Virus record (IMG/VR): IMGVR_UViG_3300037470_000569
Location: 1 to 64,000 of that record
DNA: 64,000 nucleotides
DNA from: a virus
Lineage: Duplodnaviria > Caudoviricetes
Strand: one strand, 5' to 3'
Positions 54,250-62,847 of this stretch are shown piece after piece; position 1 is the first letter of the stretch; every line of letters starts with the position of its first letter. Below the pieces are notes generated by a model, which saw only the letters and a program-made list of their open reading frames with translations, was not told where the DNA came from and ran no database searches. The translations under genes and the position numbers were made by a program.

Positions 54250-56784
54250 CTATCCACCCACGATAACGCTAGTCTTTGCTGCTGCTAATCCGTGTGTGAA
54301 CCGTATGCCCAAGACTCGCATACCGCCATTAATGTTCTCCTTCCGGTATCCGAGCTCCACAAGACTCCGACCGAATTGTCGAACCGTCATCTCCTCACCT
54401 CGCTCAGTACGTCCTCGCCAAGCAGTGTAGACCTCGAACAATTCTCGCAACCGAACTGCTTTACCTTGCGTCTCCTCACCACAAATAGCGTTCCAGTTAA
54501 TGAGGCAGTGCATGAATTCCCGAACGCTGGATAGCCCGGATGCCTCATCATTCAGTTCGGTGGCTGCAAATTGGAATGCAGCCGGAACTTGATCGACTCC
54601 GAGTTCATACGCTCGACGAGCACCCGCGACCAGCTGAGCGAGGATGGCTCGGTGTACGCCCTCATCAACCATCATGGAGTTGCGGACTCGGACATCCTCA
54701 CGACCCAGCACTGAGTGAAGAAACGGTACGACCTTGATCCGACGTCTCAGTGCGGGGTCCGCGTGCTTAATCACCGGGTCCTCATTGCAGATTAGGTAAA
54801 GCGTGAACTCAACAGCCCGCGTAAACTCGTTCTTATAAAGATCTCGAATGGTCAGCGTACCAGCACCTGCGAGCTCCTTGAGGTGATCACCGTGCAATTC
54901 CTTGTCAGCGCCTGCCTCCTCCACCGCAACAATTCGCTTCGTGACCGCACGAACAAGGTCAGTCCGTGGCCGTTCATTGGCGTGACCCCGCAGCACCGAC
55001 GCCTGTGCTTTGCCGAAGTAATTACCTAGCACCCGCTGCTCGAGCAGGTCGAAAAGCAAACCCTTACCACTGGTGGACTCGCCCTTAATGAACACAATCA
55101 TCCGGAAATCATTGCCACCAATCATCCCGGCACCCAGTAGTCTCCACAACGCTTCCCAATGGTCATCCTCGGGGAAGAACGTCTGGCGGTAGAGATCCAG
55201 TAGGTCGTGCTGGGCGTCGGCGACATACGGCACTGCTGTCATACGTGTGATCAAATCTCGACGGTCGTGTTCGCGCAGCTCACCGGTCGTCAGGTCAAAC
55301 GTGCCATTCGGAAAGTTCACCAGCAGTCGATTAGCGTCAAGCCGGTGATCATCGACGACCGCGAAGTCCTGGGCGTGCTCCAGTATCCGCTTCTGATTCG
55401 TCAGCGTCTTCAATGCTCGAACACGAGCTCGTAAGACATCGACCTCATCGCCCGGATCACCAAGACCGGATGCTATCTGCGCTCGCTGATCGATGTCATC
55501 AGTGAACCTATGAAGAACGTGACGAACAAAGAGTACGTCCTCAACCCAGTGAGTACCGTCGAAGTGATGCCAGTCACTACGTCGCGTCCAGAGCACTTGA
55601 TCATCGAAGCGCTGGGCGAACTCGAAGGCATTCGTACGATCGGTGTTATCGAGACTGAATGGCGGAGGCGGAGGTGGTGGTTCATTTGACGTCGGAGGTT
55701 CGTCACCACCACCACCTCCACTACCTTCATCATCTTCACTTCCACCTTCGATCAATCGCAGCCTCGGTCGTCCAACAGGTTCAGGCTCTGCTTCCACAGT
55801 CTGCTCTGTCTCACGCCTCGGTGTGTATTGGGGGAGATCAGTTGTGTTAAGTGATGAACCCGCCGGCTTTAGCTTCGCTTCTTCCCACTTATCAATGGCA
55901 TCTTGATCAGTCCAGGGCCAGGACGCATCACTCACAGTGAAGCCACGTACTCCCTTAATCAAACAATCCAATGCCTCTTCATCACTGAAATCACGGGTAC
56001 GGGCACTATGTGCTGCGCTCACTAGAGCATCGTGCTGCTCACCAGCTTCCACCGCTCCCGGCGTCAGGAACCACAACCAATCGAACTTCGTACCGAAGCC
56101 GTGATCTCCAGACCCATTACTCATACTGGCCAGCTGACCAACACGACCTTGTCGCTTACGCTCAACGAGACCTTCGAGAAACCAAGCGGGGGCTTTGGGG
56201 ATCTGCCTAATGTCGTTCATAAACTCATATGAACGATTCTTTTCAGCGATATATGTTGGTGGAAGGCAGGTAAAGCCACCGTCACCTAGGATGTCCACAC
56301 CCGGGAGCCACTTAATCCATCGCTTAACGACGAGTCCCTCAGGTATGCGAAACCAGAGGTGAAAGCCTCCACTTGGTGTACGCACCAGTGGTGCATCGGG
56401 CAACTCCTGCCCATCATTCGCTCGCTCTGCTCGCCATGCTTCCCAGGAGATATCTCCTGACTGATGTTTGGTATCGACATCGACGATGAGAAGTCGACTT
56501 CTACTGCCGGTGATGATGCCGATGCCATTTCTCACTGAACCCCGCGGATCACCATCACCCCAGCATTTCTCAACCCACTCCTCAGAGCATTCACCAGCCC
56601 AGGACATCATACCTGACCCACCAGGCCCAAGCAGCGCGCGTTCTGGGTGTTCCTTCGAGCTGTGGTGCATCTTAATACCCGGCCACAGTGGAATCAATAC
56701 AAGCCCGGTGCGCTGATACGCCCGGGCCCATTCTAGGTTAGAGTAAACTCCATCGCCGGATCCGTTCGAGTTCGAGCTCGCCAC
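54250..56784 (-). CDS. bifunctional primase-polymerase / D5-type SF3 helicase
   Basis: Prim-Pol motifs IGIITG…LIVDVD, RTPSGGFHLWF, GVDILGDGGF…PP; D5_N (VNFPNGTFDLTTGELREH); Walker A GESTSGKG; Walker B VAVEEA. Confidence 0.92.
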   Translation of the reverse strand: MASSNSNGSGDGVYSNLEWARAYQRTGLVLIPLWPGIKMHHSSKEHPERALLGPGGSGMMSWAGECSEEWVEKCWGDGDPRGSVRNGIGIITGSRSRLLIVDVDTKHQSGDISWEAWRAERANDGQELPDAPLVRTPSGGFHLWFRIPEGLVVKRWIKWLPGVDILGDGGFTCLPPTYIAEKNRSYEFMNDIRQIPKAPAWFLEGLVERKRQGRVGQLASMSNGSGDHGFGTKFDWLWFLTPGAVEAGEQHDALVSAAHSARTRDFSDEEALDCLIKGVRGFTVSDASWPWTDQDAIDKWEEAKLKPAGSSLNTTDLPQYTPRRETEQTVEAEPEPVGRPRLRLIEGGSEDDEGSGGGGGDEPPTSNEPPPPPPPFSLDNTDRTNAFEFAQRFDDQVLWTRRSDWHHFDGTHWVEDVLFVRHVLHRFTDDIDQRAQIASGLGDPGDEVDVLRARVRALKTLTNQKRILEHAQDFAVVDDHRLDANRLLVNFPNGTFDLTTGELREHDRRDLITRMTAVPYVADAQHDLLDLYRQTFFPEDDHWEALWRLLGAGMIGGNDFRMIVFIKGESTSGKGLLFDLLEQRVLGNYFGKAQASVLRGHANERPRTDLVRAVTKRIVAVEEAGADKELHGDHLKELAGAGTLTIRDLYKNEFTRAVEFTLYLICNEDPVIKHADPALRRRIKVVPFLHSVLGREDVRVRNSMMVDEGVHRAILAQLVAGARRAYELGVDQVPAAFQFAATELNDEASGLSSVREFMHCLINWNAICGEETQGKAVRLRELFEVYTAWRGRTERGEEMTVRQFGRSLVELGYRKENINGGMRVLGIRFTHGLAAAKTSVIVGG

Positions 56785-56881
56785 TAGTCACGCTCCCAGC
56801 ATCCGCAATCGCGTCCGTGATTACGAGCGCAGTTTGCGCGTCGTGATGAAGTTTTACGTTCTTCAGGCGTTAAACTTTCGT

Positions 56882-57235
56882 TCAGCACCCGAATACCTGT
56901 TGGTCCTGCGTGAAGACGACTGTTCCTTCATAGACTGCTCGATCGACATCGAGATGCGCACGATGTTTCGGATCTGTTATTCTCTCACGTTTCCATTGAT
57001 ACCAGCACACACGTGAACAATATGCTCCACGAGCAGTGAATTCACGATCACATGTACGACAAATCTTAATGTGTTGATTCCAGGTAAGCCACTCATTCGG
57101 ATGCTTACATTTGATGTGCATACCGAGAGGTCCCGGTGTACACATGAAATCACAGAATGGGCACTTAACCCGAATGAAGCGTCCATCGGAAGACATGAGC
57201 TCTCCAGCCCAAGGCTTCGCGGTACTCCAAGCCAA
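56882..57235 (-). CDS. zinc-finger protein (C2H2 + CxxC/CSxxC)
   Basis: CPFC…HIKCKH and CRTC…YCSRVC motifs. Confidence 0.6.
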   Translation of the reverse strand: MAWSTAKPWAGELMSSDGRFIRVKCPFCDFMCTPGPLGMHIKCKHPNEWLTWNQHIKICRTCDREFTARGAYCSRVCWYQWKRERITDPKHRAHLDVDRAVYEGTVVFTQDQQVFGC

Positions 57236-57821
57236 TAGTCAGCCCCCACGTGCTCCCACACGTAAGGCCGTGTCGTGAGTATCGATCTAGTCGACCGCTC
57301 ATCGCCACGGGCCCAGGTCTCGTTCGAGCAACCTTCACTCCGTGTCCCATTAGAAGTTCAATGTGTCTACGCTGAGACCCCAGCTGGGTCAAACCGTACG
57401 GTAGCACCTGAGTCACCGCCTCGACCGCTTCGACCACCGTTTGATAGCCACTCTCGATCCTCCTCCTTGGACCAACTACACAGCGCTTTCTTCTTGTGCG
57501 ATCAACGGCTCGACACCAGGCAACCGTGATATAGTCAACCTCGTAACCACGCAGGACCGGACGTTGCGCAACCCTCTCCCCCAGGGCGGCTCGACAAATC
57601 CCCCTCTCCCCGCCGAGCCCGCCGGCGTCCGGTCCGCGAGGACAAAGTTCTTGAGTCTGAAACCCCAAGCCGCCCGCACGGGGTGGATGAAGAGGCAGTC
57701 GTGGAGGGTCGTCCTGGAAATTTCACGGTCTTCGAGGAAGTGAAGCGCCCCAGGATCGCGAGATCGCCGGCCCTCTACGACGCTCAAGTCAACTCATCGA
57801 GTATCACTTTGCGGAATTTGG

Positions 57822-57850
57822 TTGACTCAACGGTACGACTCAGTTAGATT
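57822..57850 (+). promoter_or_regulatory. promoter for the Y-RNA/Ro60 transcript (family-like)
   Basis: TTGACT-17 bp-TAGATT. Confidence 0.65.
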
Positions 57851-58012
57851 GACACTTGCGAAACTTTGGGTCCGATCGGTTCGGTACTCGCCCTGGCAGT
57901 TTGGGTCGCTCCTCTGTTATGAGTAAGTATTAACTGATCACAACCCACTGGGGTTTCCTTCTCTCACCGAAAGGTGCGGCTGGTTGCAACGGCTTCAGTG
58001 GGAAGTTCTTTG

Positions 58013-58070
58013 CTCGGGTCGAAGGCATTCGGTTATCGGAGAAACACCGGCCGCCACGCACTTACTCGAG
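58013..58070 (+). ncRNA. Y-RNA-like stem 1 (short, no tRNA domain)
   Basis: CTCGGG/CTCGAG basal stem; GTCGAAG on the 5' side, ACTTAC on the 3' side, TCGGTTATC motif. Confidence 0.65.
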
Positions 58071-58081
58071 TAACCCTTTTG

Positions 58082-58211
58082 CAGTTGGGTCGAATGAAGT
58101 CGATTACCACTTCTAATGGGGTTGTACCGGTTCGAGTCCGGTCGGCGGGCAACCGCCCGTAGCTTAATTGGCAGAGCACCTAAACGTCGATTTCTCAAAC
58201 TTACTCAACTG
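58082..58211 (+). ncRNA. YrlA-like Y RNA with permuted tRNA domain (copy 2)
   Basis: CAGTTGGG/CTCAACTG stem; GTCGAA and ACTTAC; T arm ACCGG-TTCGAGT-CCGGT, then GCAA-closed acceptor stem, then D arm TAGCTTAATTGGCAGAGC. Confidence 0.85.
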
Positions 58212-58239
58212 ACTCTCGGGTCAATAACACAGTTCGTCC

Positions 58240-58310
58240 GCCTAGGTCGAAGCACGTCGGTTATCTCTCTTTATCAGTGAACAAACCGGCACGTACCAAC
58301 TTACTTAGGC
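58240..58310 (+). ncRNA. Y-RNA-like stem 3 (short, no tRNA domain)
   Basis: GCCTAGG/CTTAGGC stem; GTCGAAG, TCGGTTATC and ACTTAC motifs. Confidence 0.65.
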
Positions 58311-58323
58311 GATCCCATCTGGT

Positions 58324-58452
58324 CTCAGGCCGAAGATTGTCGGTTACCCGGCACCGCTCATGTAGGTTCGACTCCTGCCGCTCCGACTAACATCGGGGTG
58401 TCGTCCAACGGTAGGACGGCGGTTTATATCGGCTGTCACACACTTGCCTGAG
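58324..58452 (+). ncRNA. YrlA-like Y RNA with permuted tRNA domain (copy 4)
   Basis: CTCAGGC/GCCTGAG stem; GCCGAAG and ACTTGC; T arm GTAGG-TTCGACT-CCTGC, closed acceptor stem, D arm GTCC-AACGGTA-GGAC, ACCGCT/GGCGGT helix. Confidence 0.85.
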
Positions 58453-58502
58453 GCTAGAAACAACTAAGACACATAACCTCACATTTGAGGTCGAAAGGAG
58501 AT

Positions 58503-60206
58503 ATGATGACGGATCCACTCCGCAGCTTCTCAACGCGGTCCACCCCGCAGACCCGGCGCGATCCGACGCGATCTGATCAGGTTCGCAACTCAGCTGGAGG
58601 CTATGTCTTCCAGGTCGATGAGTGGTCACGCCTTCGGCGTTTCCTTGTGCTGGGTACAGATGGTGGTACTTACTACGCCACCGAGGCTGCTCTGACGCTG
58701 GAGAACGCGCAGTTCGTAGTCAAGCTCGTGAACCGCGATCGTGAGACCGGTTTGCGCGTCGTCGAGGAGTTGCGGATCGTCTCTCTCGAGAACATCGCAC
58801 CTCGTCAGAAGCCGACGCTCTTCACGCTCGCGATTGCCGCTAGCGCGTCCGACGCCGTCGTGCGTCGTGCCGCACTCGATGCGCTTCCCGAGATCTGCCG
58901 CACGGGAACGATGCTCTTCAACTTCATCGGGTACGTGCAGCAGTTCCGTGGTTGGGGTCCGTCACTTCGCAAGGCGGTTGCCCGCTGGTACACCGAGAAG
59001 CCGATCGATCGACTTGCTTTGCAGGTCGTGAAGTATCGGCAGCGTGACGGCTGGAGCCACCGTGATCTTCTACGGAAAGCTCACCCCACGACGACTGATC
59101 CGGCACGTGATGCGCTCTTTAAGTGGATCACGCATCGCAATGAATTCTGGACGACGCACGGTGACTGGACCGTCGAGACGACGCACGGTGACTGGACCGT
59201 CGAGCTGCCCGATCTCGTGCTTGGCTTTGAGAACCTCTCACACGTCGCGTCACTGAAGCCGCGCGGAGTCGTAGCCTCGATTCAGGACTCGAATCTTCCG
59301 TGGGAGGCCGTGCCCGACGAGTATCTGCGGATGCCCGAGGTGCTGGAGGCGCTCATCCCGAACATGGGACTGACCGCCCTCACCCGGCAGTTCGGTCGCA
59401 TCGCCTCAACTGGTCACATGACGCCGGGTTCCTCACTCGAGAAGCTCGTGCTGAAGCGACTCCACGTACCGAGTGCCGGCGATGAGAAGTTCATCGGTCA
59501 GTTCCTCGCGAAGAACTCGAACGCGTATGTCCAGTCACGGGTGCATCCCTTCCAGATGCTGCTCGCGATGACGACCTACCAGGCCGGACACGGTGTGAAG
59601 GGGAAGCTCAACTGGAAGCCTACCAGTCGCATCGTAGATGCTCTGGATGCTGGTTTCTACGCCGCCTTTGGGTCTGTACCCAAGTCCGATAAGCGGACGC
59701 TAGTGGCACTGGATGTCTCGGGTTCGATGGGCTGGGGCAACCTACTCAACACACACATCACGCCTCGAGTCGCGTCCGCCGCTATGGCGCTCATCACTCT
59801 ACGCGCCAACGCCGATGTGCAGGTCACGGCATTCAGTCACAAGCTCATCCCCATCGACATCTCGCCGCGCCAGCGTCTGGATGACGTAGTGCGTAAGGTC
59901 TCAGGACTCGCGTTCGGTGGAACCGACTGTGCGCTGCCGATGGTGTATGCGCTTGAGAACAGACTTGAGATCGACACGTTCGTCGTGTACACCGACAACG
60001 AGACGTGGGCAGGTTCAGTCCATCCCGCTCAGGCACTTCGTCTGTATCGTGATAAGGTCAACCCGAACGCACGGCTCGCCGTCGTCGGTATGACCGCCAC
60101 GGACTTCACGATCGCTGACCCGACCGACCCCGGCCAGTTGGACGTGGTTGGATTCGACGGTTCGGCACCGCGCGTCCTCCAGGACTTTAGCGAGGGCGTG
60201 CTATAA
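58503..60206 (+). CDS. rsr: Ro60 (TROVE + vWA) RNA-binding protein
   Basis: VRNSAGGYVF, RLRRFLVLGTDGGTYYA, KYRQRDGWSHRDLLRKAHP, VHPF, LDVSGSM (MIDAS), VYTDNET; ATG at 58503 after AAAGGAG. Confidence 0.95.
   Translation: MMTDPLRSFSTRSTPQTRRDPTRSDQVRNSAGGYVFQVDEWSRLRRFLVLGTDGGTYYATEAALTLENAQFVVKLVNRDRETGLRVVEELRIVSLENIAPRQKPTLFTLAIAASASDAVVRRAALDALPEICRTGTMLFNFIGYVQQFRGWGPSLRKAVARWYTEKPIDRLALQVVKYRQRDGWSHRDLLRKAHPTTTDPARDALFKWITHRNEFWTTHGDWTVETTHGDWTVELPDLVLGFENLSHVASLKPRGVVASIQDSNLPWEAVPDEYLRMPEVLEALIPNMGLTALTRQFGRIASTGHMTPGSSLEKLVLKRLHVPSAGDEKFIGQFLAKNSNAYVQSRVHPFQMLLAMTTYQAGHGVKGKLNWKPTSRIVDALDAGFYAAFGSVPKSDKRTLVALDVSGSMGWGNLLNTHITPRVASAAMALITLRANADVQVTAFSHKLIPIDISPRQRLDDVVRKVSGLAFGGTDCALPMVYALENRLEIDTFVVYTDNETWAGSVHPAQALRLYRDKVNPNARLAVVGMTATDFTIADPTDPGQLDVVGFDGSAPRVLQDFSEGVL
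59150..59203 (+). repeat. exact 27-bp in-frame tandem duplication inside Ro60
   Basis: GACGACGCACGGTGACTGGACCGTCGA twice (TTHGDWTVE twice). Confidence 0.95.
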
Positions 60207-60225
60207 GAAAAGAAGTAGAGTTCAC

Positions 60226-60414
60226 GGGCGTCTCTGCGGAAGGGAAGGCAGAAGACAACTTGGTGTCATAGGCTGTTGAACTGTCCTAACCGAAAGGCTA
60301 ACTCGTCAGACCCGAGGGACGCTGAGGTAAGTGAATCCCGGGTATACACGGGAAGGGTAGCGGGGAGACTAAGCCAAGTTAATGGTTCCGTCGGTTCGAG
60401 TCCGGCGACGCCCA
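60226..60414 (+). ncRNA. 189-nt tRNA-shaped RNA with a ~110-nt insertion in place of the anticodon loop
   Basis: Perfect acceptor GGGCGTC/GACGCCC-A; D stem CTGC/GCAG with a GG-containing loop; AACTTGG/CCAAGTT helix; T arm GTCGG-TTCGAGT-CCGGC. Confidence 0.75.
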
Positions 60415-60873
60415 CTAAAGAAACCTAGGAACCCTAGGCATGTGATACGTATCGTCGGACACTGTAGTGGCCACTATTGTTCGAAGCGTGTCCTTTACCG
60501 GGGTTGTGAGTCGTGTAGCAGGTAAGAGTCGGAAGTGTGAAGCTGCATAGCTTCCGATCGCTCACTCGATCGCAAGTTGAAGTTTTAAGATCTCGAGAGT
60601 TGATTACACACTTTACAACCCAAATAAGCACTCCCACGGAGCACGACTCTGGATGAGTGATGAGGGATTGTGAGTATGCTATGTAGCTTTATCCGACGAG
60701 TGTGGTGGCTTGGGCCCACCTCGAGGAGCGTGCACCGAGCCGTTGAGAGTCCTTCATCTTTCGGAGAGGTGAGGGACTCTCCGGCCGGTGCTGTTGCAAC
60801 TGAGAGAAACACAACGGTGTAGACTACGACTAACACAACACGTTCGATACTCCATCTCAACAGAGGGAACACC

Positions 60874-61464
60874 GTGAGAGAGCATACTTACAGTCAAGAT
60901 TGGGTCCTGCGCGATTACGACTTCGATCGGCATCTCATGAAGATGGTGTCGTTCCACGGTCATAAGATCGGTTCAGCATCCAGTTGCGCATCCGAGCACG
61001 ATCATGAAGCCGGTCGGACCGCACAACGCGGCGAGCGTTGCTCGGCATGTCGTTGGCTCGAGGTTCGCATCTACGTCGACGAGAACGCTCGTAAGAGTCG
61101 TGCTCGTGAGTCCGGTGTCGAAGGTGGTGGTTACGTCCTCGAGACAATCGGTCGTTCGGTCGTCGACGGGGAACATGATCGTTACCGCACCCGGATGTTC
61201 CATGATCCATTCCTCATCATTGCCAAGCTGACGAAGCGGATCCAGGACTCGACGTTCTTGCCGATCGTTGCTCAGGAAGCGCTGGAGGAAGCAGCTGAGC
61301 GTGATGAAGCGTTGGCCAAACTCCTCGAGACGTTGAGCTACGGGCCACATGAGGTTCGCTACTCCGATGCACGTGATGCGGAAGCTCACTCAGTGATCGA
61401 AGACTCCGACGATGAAGTCGACGAGTACAATCTCGTGGATCCCAAGCTCGGTCGCGTGAGTTAA
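60874..61464 (+). CDS. hypothetical protein (196 aa)
   Basis: AGAGGGA ribosome-binding site; H…ERCSACRWLEVRIY and YVLETIGRS motifs. Confidence 0.75.
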   Translation: MREHTYSQDWVLRDYDFDRHLMKMVSFHGHKIGSASSCASEHDHEAGRTAQRGERCSACRWLEVRIYVDENARKSRARESGVEGGGYVLETIGRSVVDGEHDRYRTRMFHDPFLIIAKLTKRIQDSTFLPIVAQEALEEAAERDEALAKLLETLSYGPHEVRYSDARDAEAHSVIEDSDDEVDEYNLVDPKLGRVS

Positions 61465-61474
61465 GACCCGGAAC

Positions 61475-61801
61475 ATGCTTGAAGGCATGGGTCCGGATCA
61501 ACCGATAATCATCGCCGAGAACGGCGCGGGGCAGAGTGATATTCCATATCGTATGGATCTTCTCGATGCACGCGCATTGATGGCTGCAGCTCAGGTGCTA
61601 CACACAGGTGCTGAGAAGTATGGCGCAGGTAACTGGCGCGATCTTCCCATACGTGATCACTTGAATCATATGCTTGCTCACGCATTTGCTTACCTTGCAG
61701 GCGATGATCAAGATGATCATCTATCGCATGTGCTGTGTCGTGCACTGTTTGCGCTAGGATGTGAACTAGATGGGAAAAAACTTGAGTTAGAAAGCGAATG
61801 A
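61475..61801 (+). CDS. dATP/dGTP diphosphohydrolase N-terminal domain protein (DUF5664-like)
   Basis: VLHTGAEKYGAGNWR…HMLAHAFAY…DDHLSHVLCRALF. Confidence 0.8.
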   Translation: MLEGMGPDQPIIIAENGAGQSDIPYRMDLLDARALMAAAQVLHTGAEKYGAGNWRDLPIRDHLNHMLAHAFAYLAGDDQDDHLSHVLCRALFALGCELDGKKLELESE

Positions 61802-61804
61802 AAT

Positions 61805-62125
61805 ATGAGGGTTGCGGACGTCGAAGTCGGTGACTACATTCTCATACCTTTCACTGTGCGTGCGAGTTTACCACCCAATCGCACACCACGTGTCGAGGGT
61901 TGGCATCAAGTTCAAGTCATCGAAGTCAGATCTCATGGTCGTCTATTCGTTGAAGAAGCGCATTGGGTGTATGCACAGCCAACTTCCAGAGAACTCGAAG
62001 TCTATAGCAGGTATACCAACTGGATCTTAAGTGCGCCTAAGAAGGCCGTGTACTCGCCGCTCCGATATGAAGTTGCTTCACGTAGTTGCCGACCGTGTTT
62101 ATGTGCTACGGTTTCAGTAGCTTAG
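61805..62125 (+). CDS. hypothetical protein (106 aa)
   Basis: SH3-like start (RVADVEVGD). Confidence 0.5.
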   Translation: MRVADVEVGDYILIPFTVRASLPPNRTPRVEGWHQVQVIEVRSHGRLFVEEAHWVYAQPTSRELEVYSRYTNWILSAPKKAVYSPLRYEVASRSCRPCLCATVSVA

Positions 62126-62269
62126 ACATTAAAGAAACTAGGAGTTGAGCAAATGTTCGGATGGATTATCATCACCGCGATCATCTGCTACACCGCTTAT
62201 CGAATCGCCGAATTGCGATTCGAGTATTGCCTCCGCAGTCAAAGAAGAAGATGATCCCAAGGAGCTAGG

Positions 62270-62635
62270 ATGAATTGTCATAAGATTCTGCAGTGTGCCG
62301 CAGCAGCGACCTTCGCCGGAACCATGCTGGTCAGTTGCGGCTCGAGCGTCGACTCGTGGGAGCAGGTGACTGTCACGAGCAAGGAGCGGACCTGCTTCAA
62401 GTCGAACGATTGTCGGTACATGGTGTACACCGACAAGGAGAACTTCGAGATCACCGACCAGTGGAACGGTCGGAAGAACTCGAGTGACGTCTATGGAAAG
62501 CTTCAGGTCAACAAGACCTACCGCTTCCACGTCATTGGCTACCGAGATCCGAATCGGACGAAGTTCCGTAACATCGTCGAGATCAACGAGGTCACCACGA
62601 GCACACTGTCTGGTGTGACGATCACGTCGAGGTAA
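62270..62635 (+). CDS. putative lipoprotein, DUF1523-like OB fold
   Basis: Signal peptide with LVSC lipobox; VTSKER…YMVYTD…NSSDVYGKL..NKTYRFHVIGYR. Confidence 0.7.
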   Translation: MNCHKILQCAAAATFAGTMLVSCGSSVDSWEQVTVTSKERTCFKSNDCRYMVYTDKENFEITDQWNGRKNSSDVYGKLQVNKTYRFHVIGYRDPNRTKFRNIVEINEVTTSTLSGVTITSR

Positions 62636-62637
62636 TC

Positions 62638-62847
62638 ATGAAAATTTCACTGAGCGTCGACGGGAAAGTGTACGTCCACATTCGTGAGACCTATCCGCGT
62701 GAGTCTAAGTACTACCGCTGGCTGATTCACGGACTCACTCAGCCGGGTTGGACTCGTAATAACGTCGGTTTCGCCTGGACAAAGAAGGGAGCGATTCGAG
62801 CAGCAAAACGAGTCGCTCGCATAGCTGGAGTCGAGGTTCAGAGTTGA
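62638..62847 (+). CDS. hypothetical protein (69 aa)
   Basis: GAGG ribosome-binding site; coupled to the TS-like gene. Confidence 0.6.
   Translation: MKISLSVDGKVYVHIRETYPRESKYYRWLIHGLTQPGWTRNNVGFAWTKKGAIRAAKRVARIAGVEVQS

Noticed and set aside
57165-57787. Overlapping minus-strand ORFs 57165-57668 and 57476-57787
   Set aside because: Parts look coding, but frame and start could not be resolved and no motif was recognised; left unannotated
58120-58180. Apparent conventional tRNA genes in Y units 2 and 4
   Set aside because: The arm order is permuted (T before D) and the acceptor end is closed by a loop, so they are not chargeable tRNAs
58013-58452. Repeat-spacer appearance of the Y-RNA array suggesting CRISPR
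   Set aside because: The repeats are short split motifs inside complementary stems with irregular spacing, and there are no cas genes
60264-60373. Complete group I intron in the 189-nt RNA
   Set aside because: Only 110 nt, with no P7 3' strand, P8 or P9, and removing it does not obviously rebuild a 7-nt anticodon loop; kept only as a resemblance
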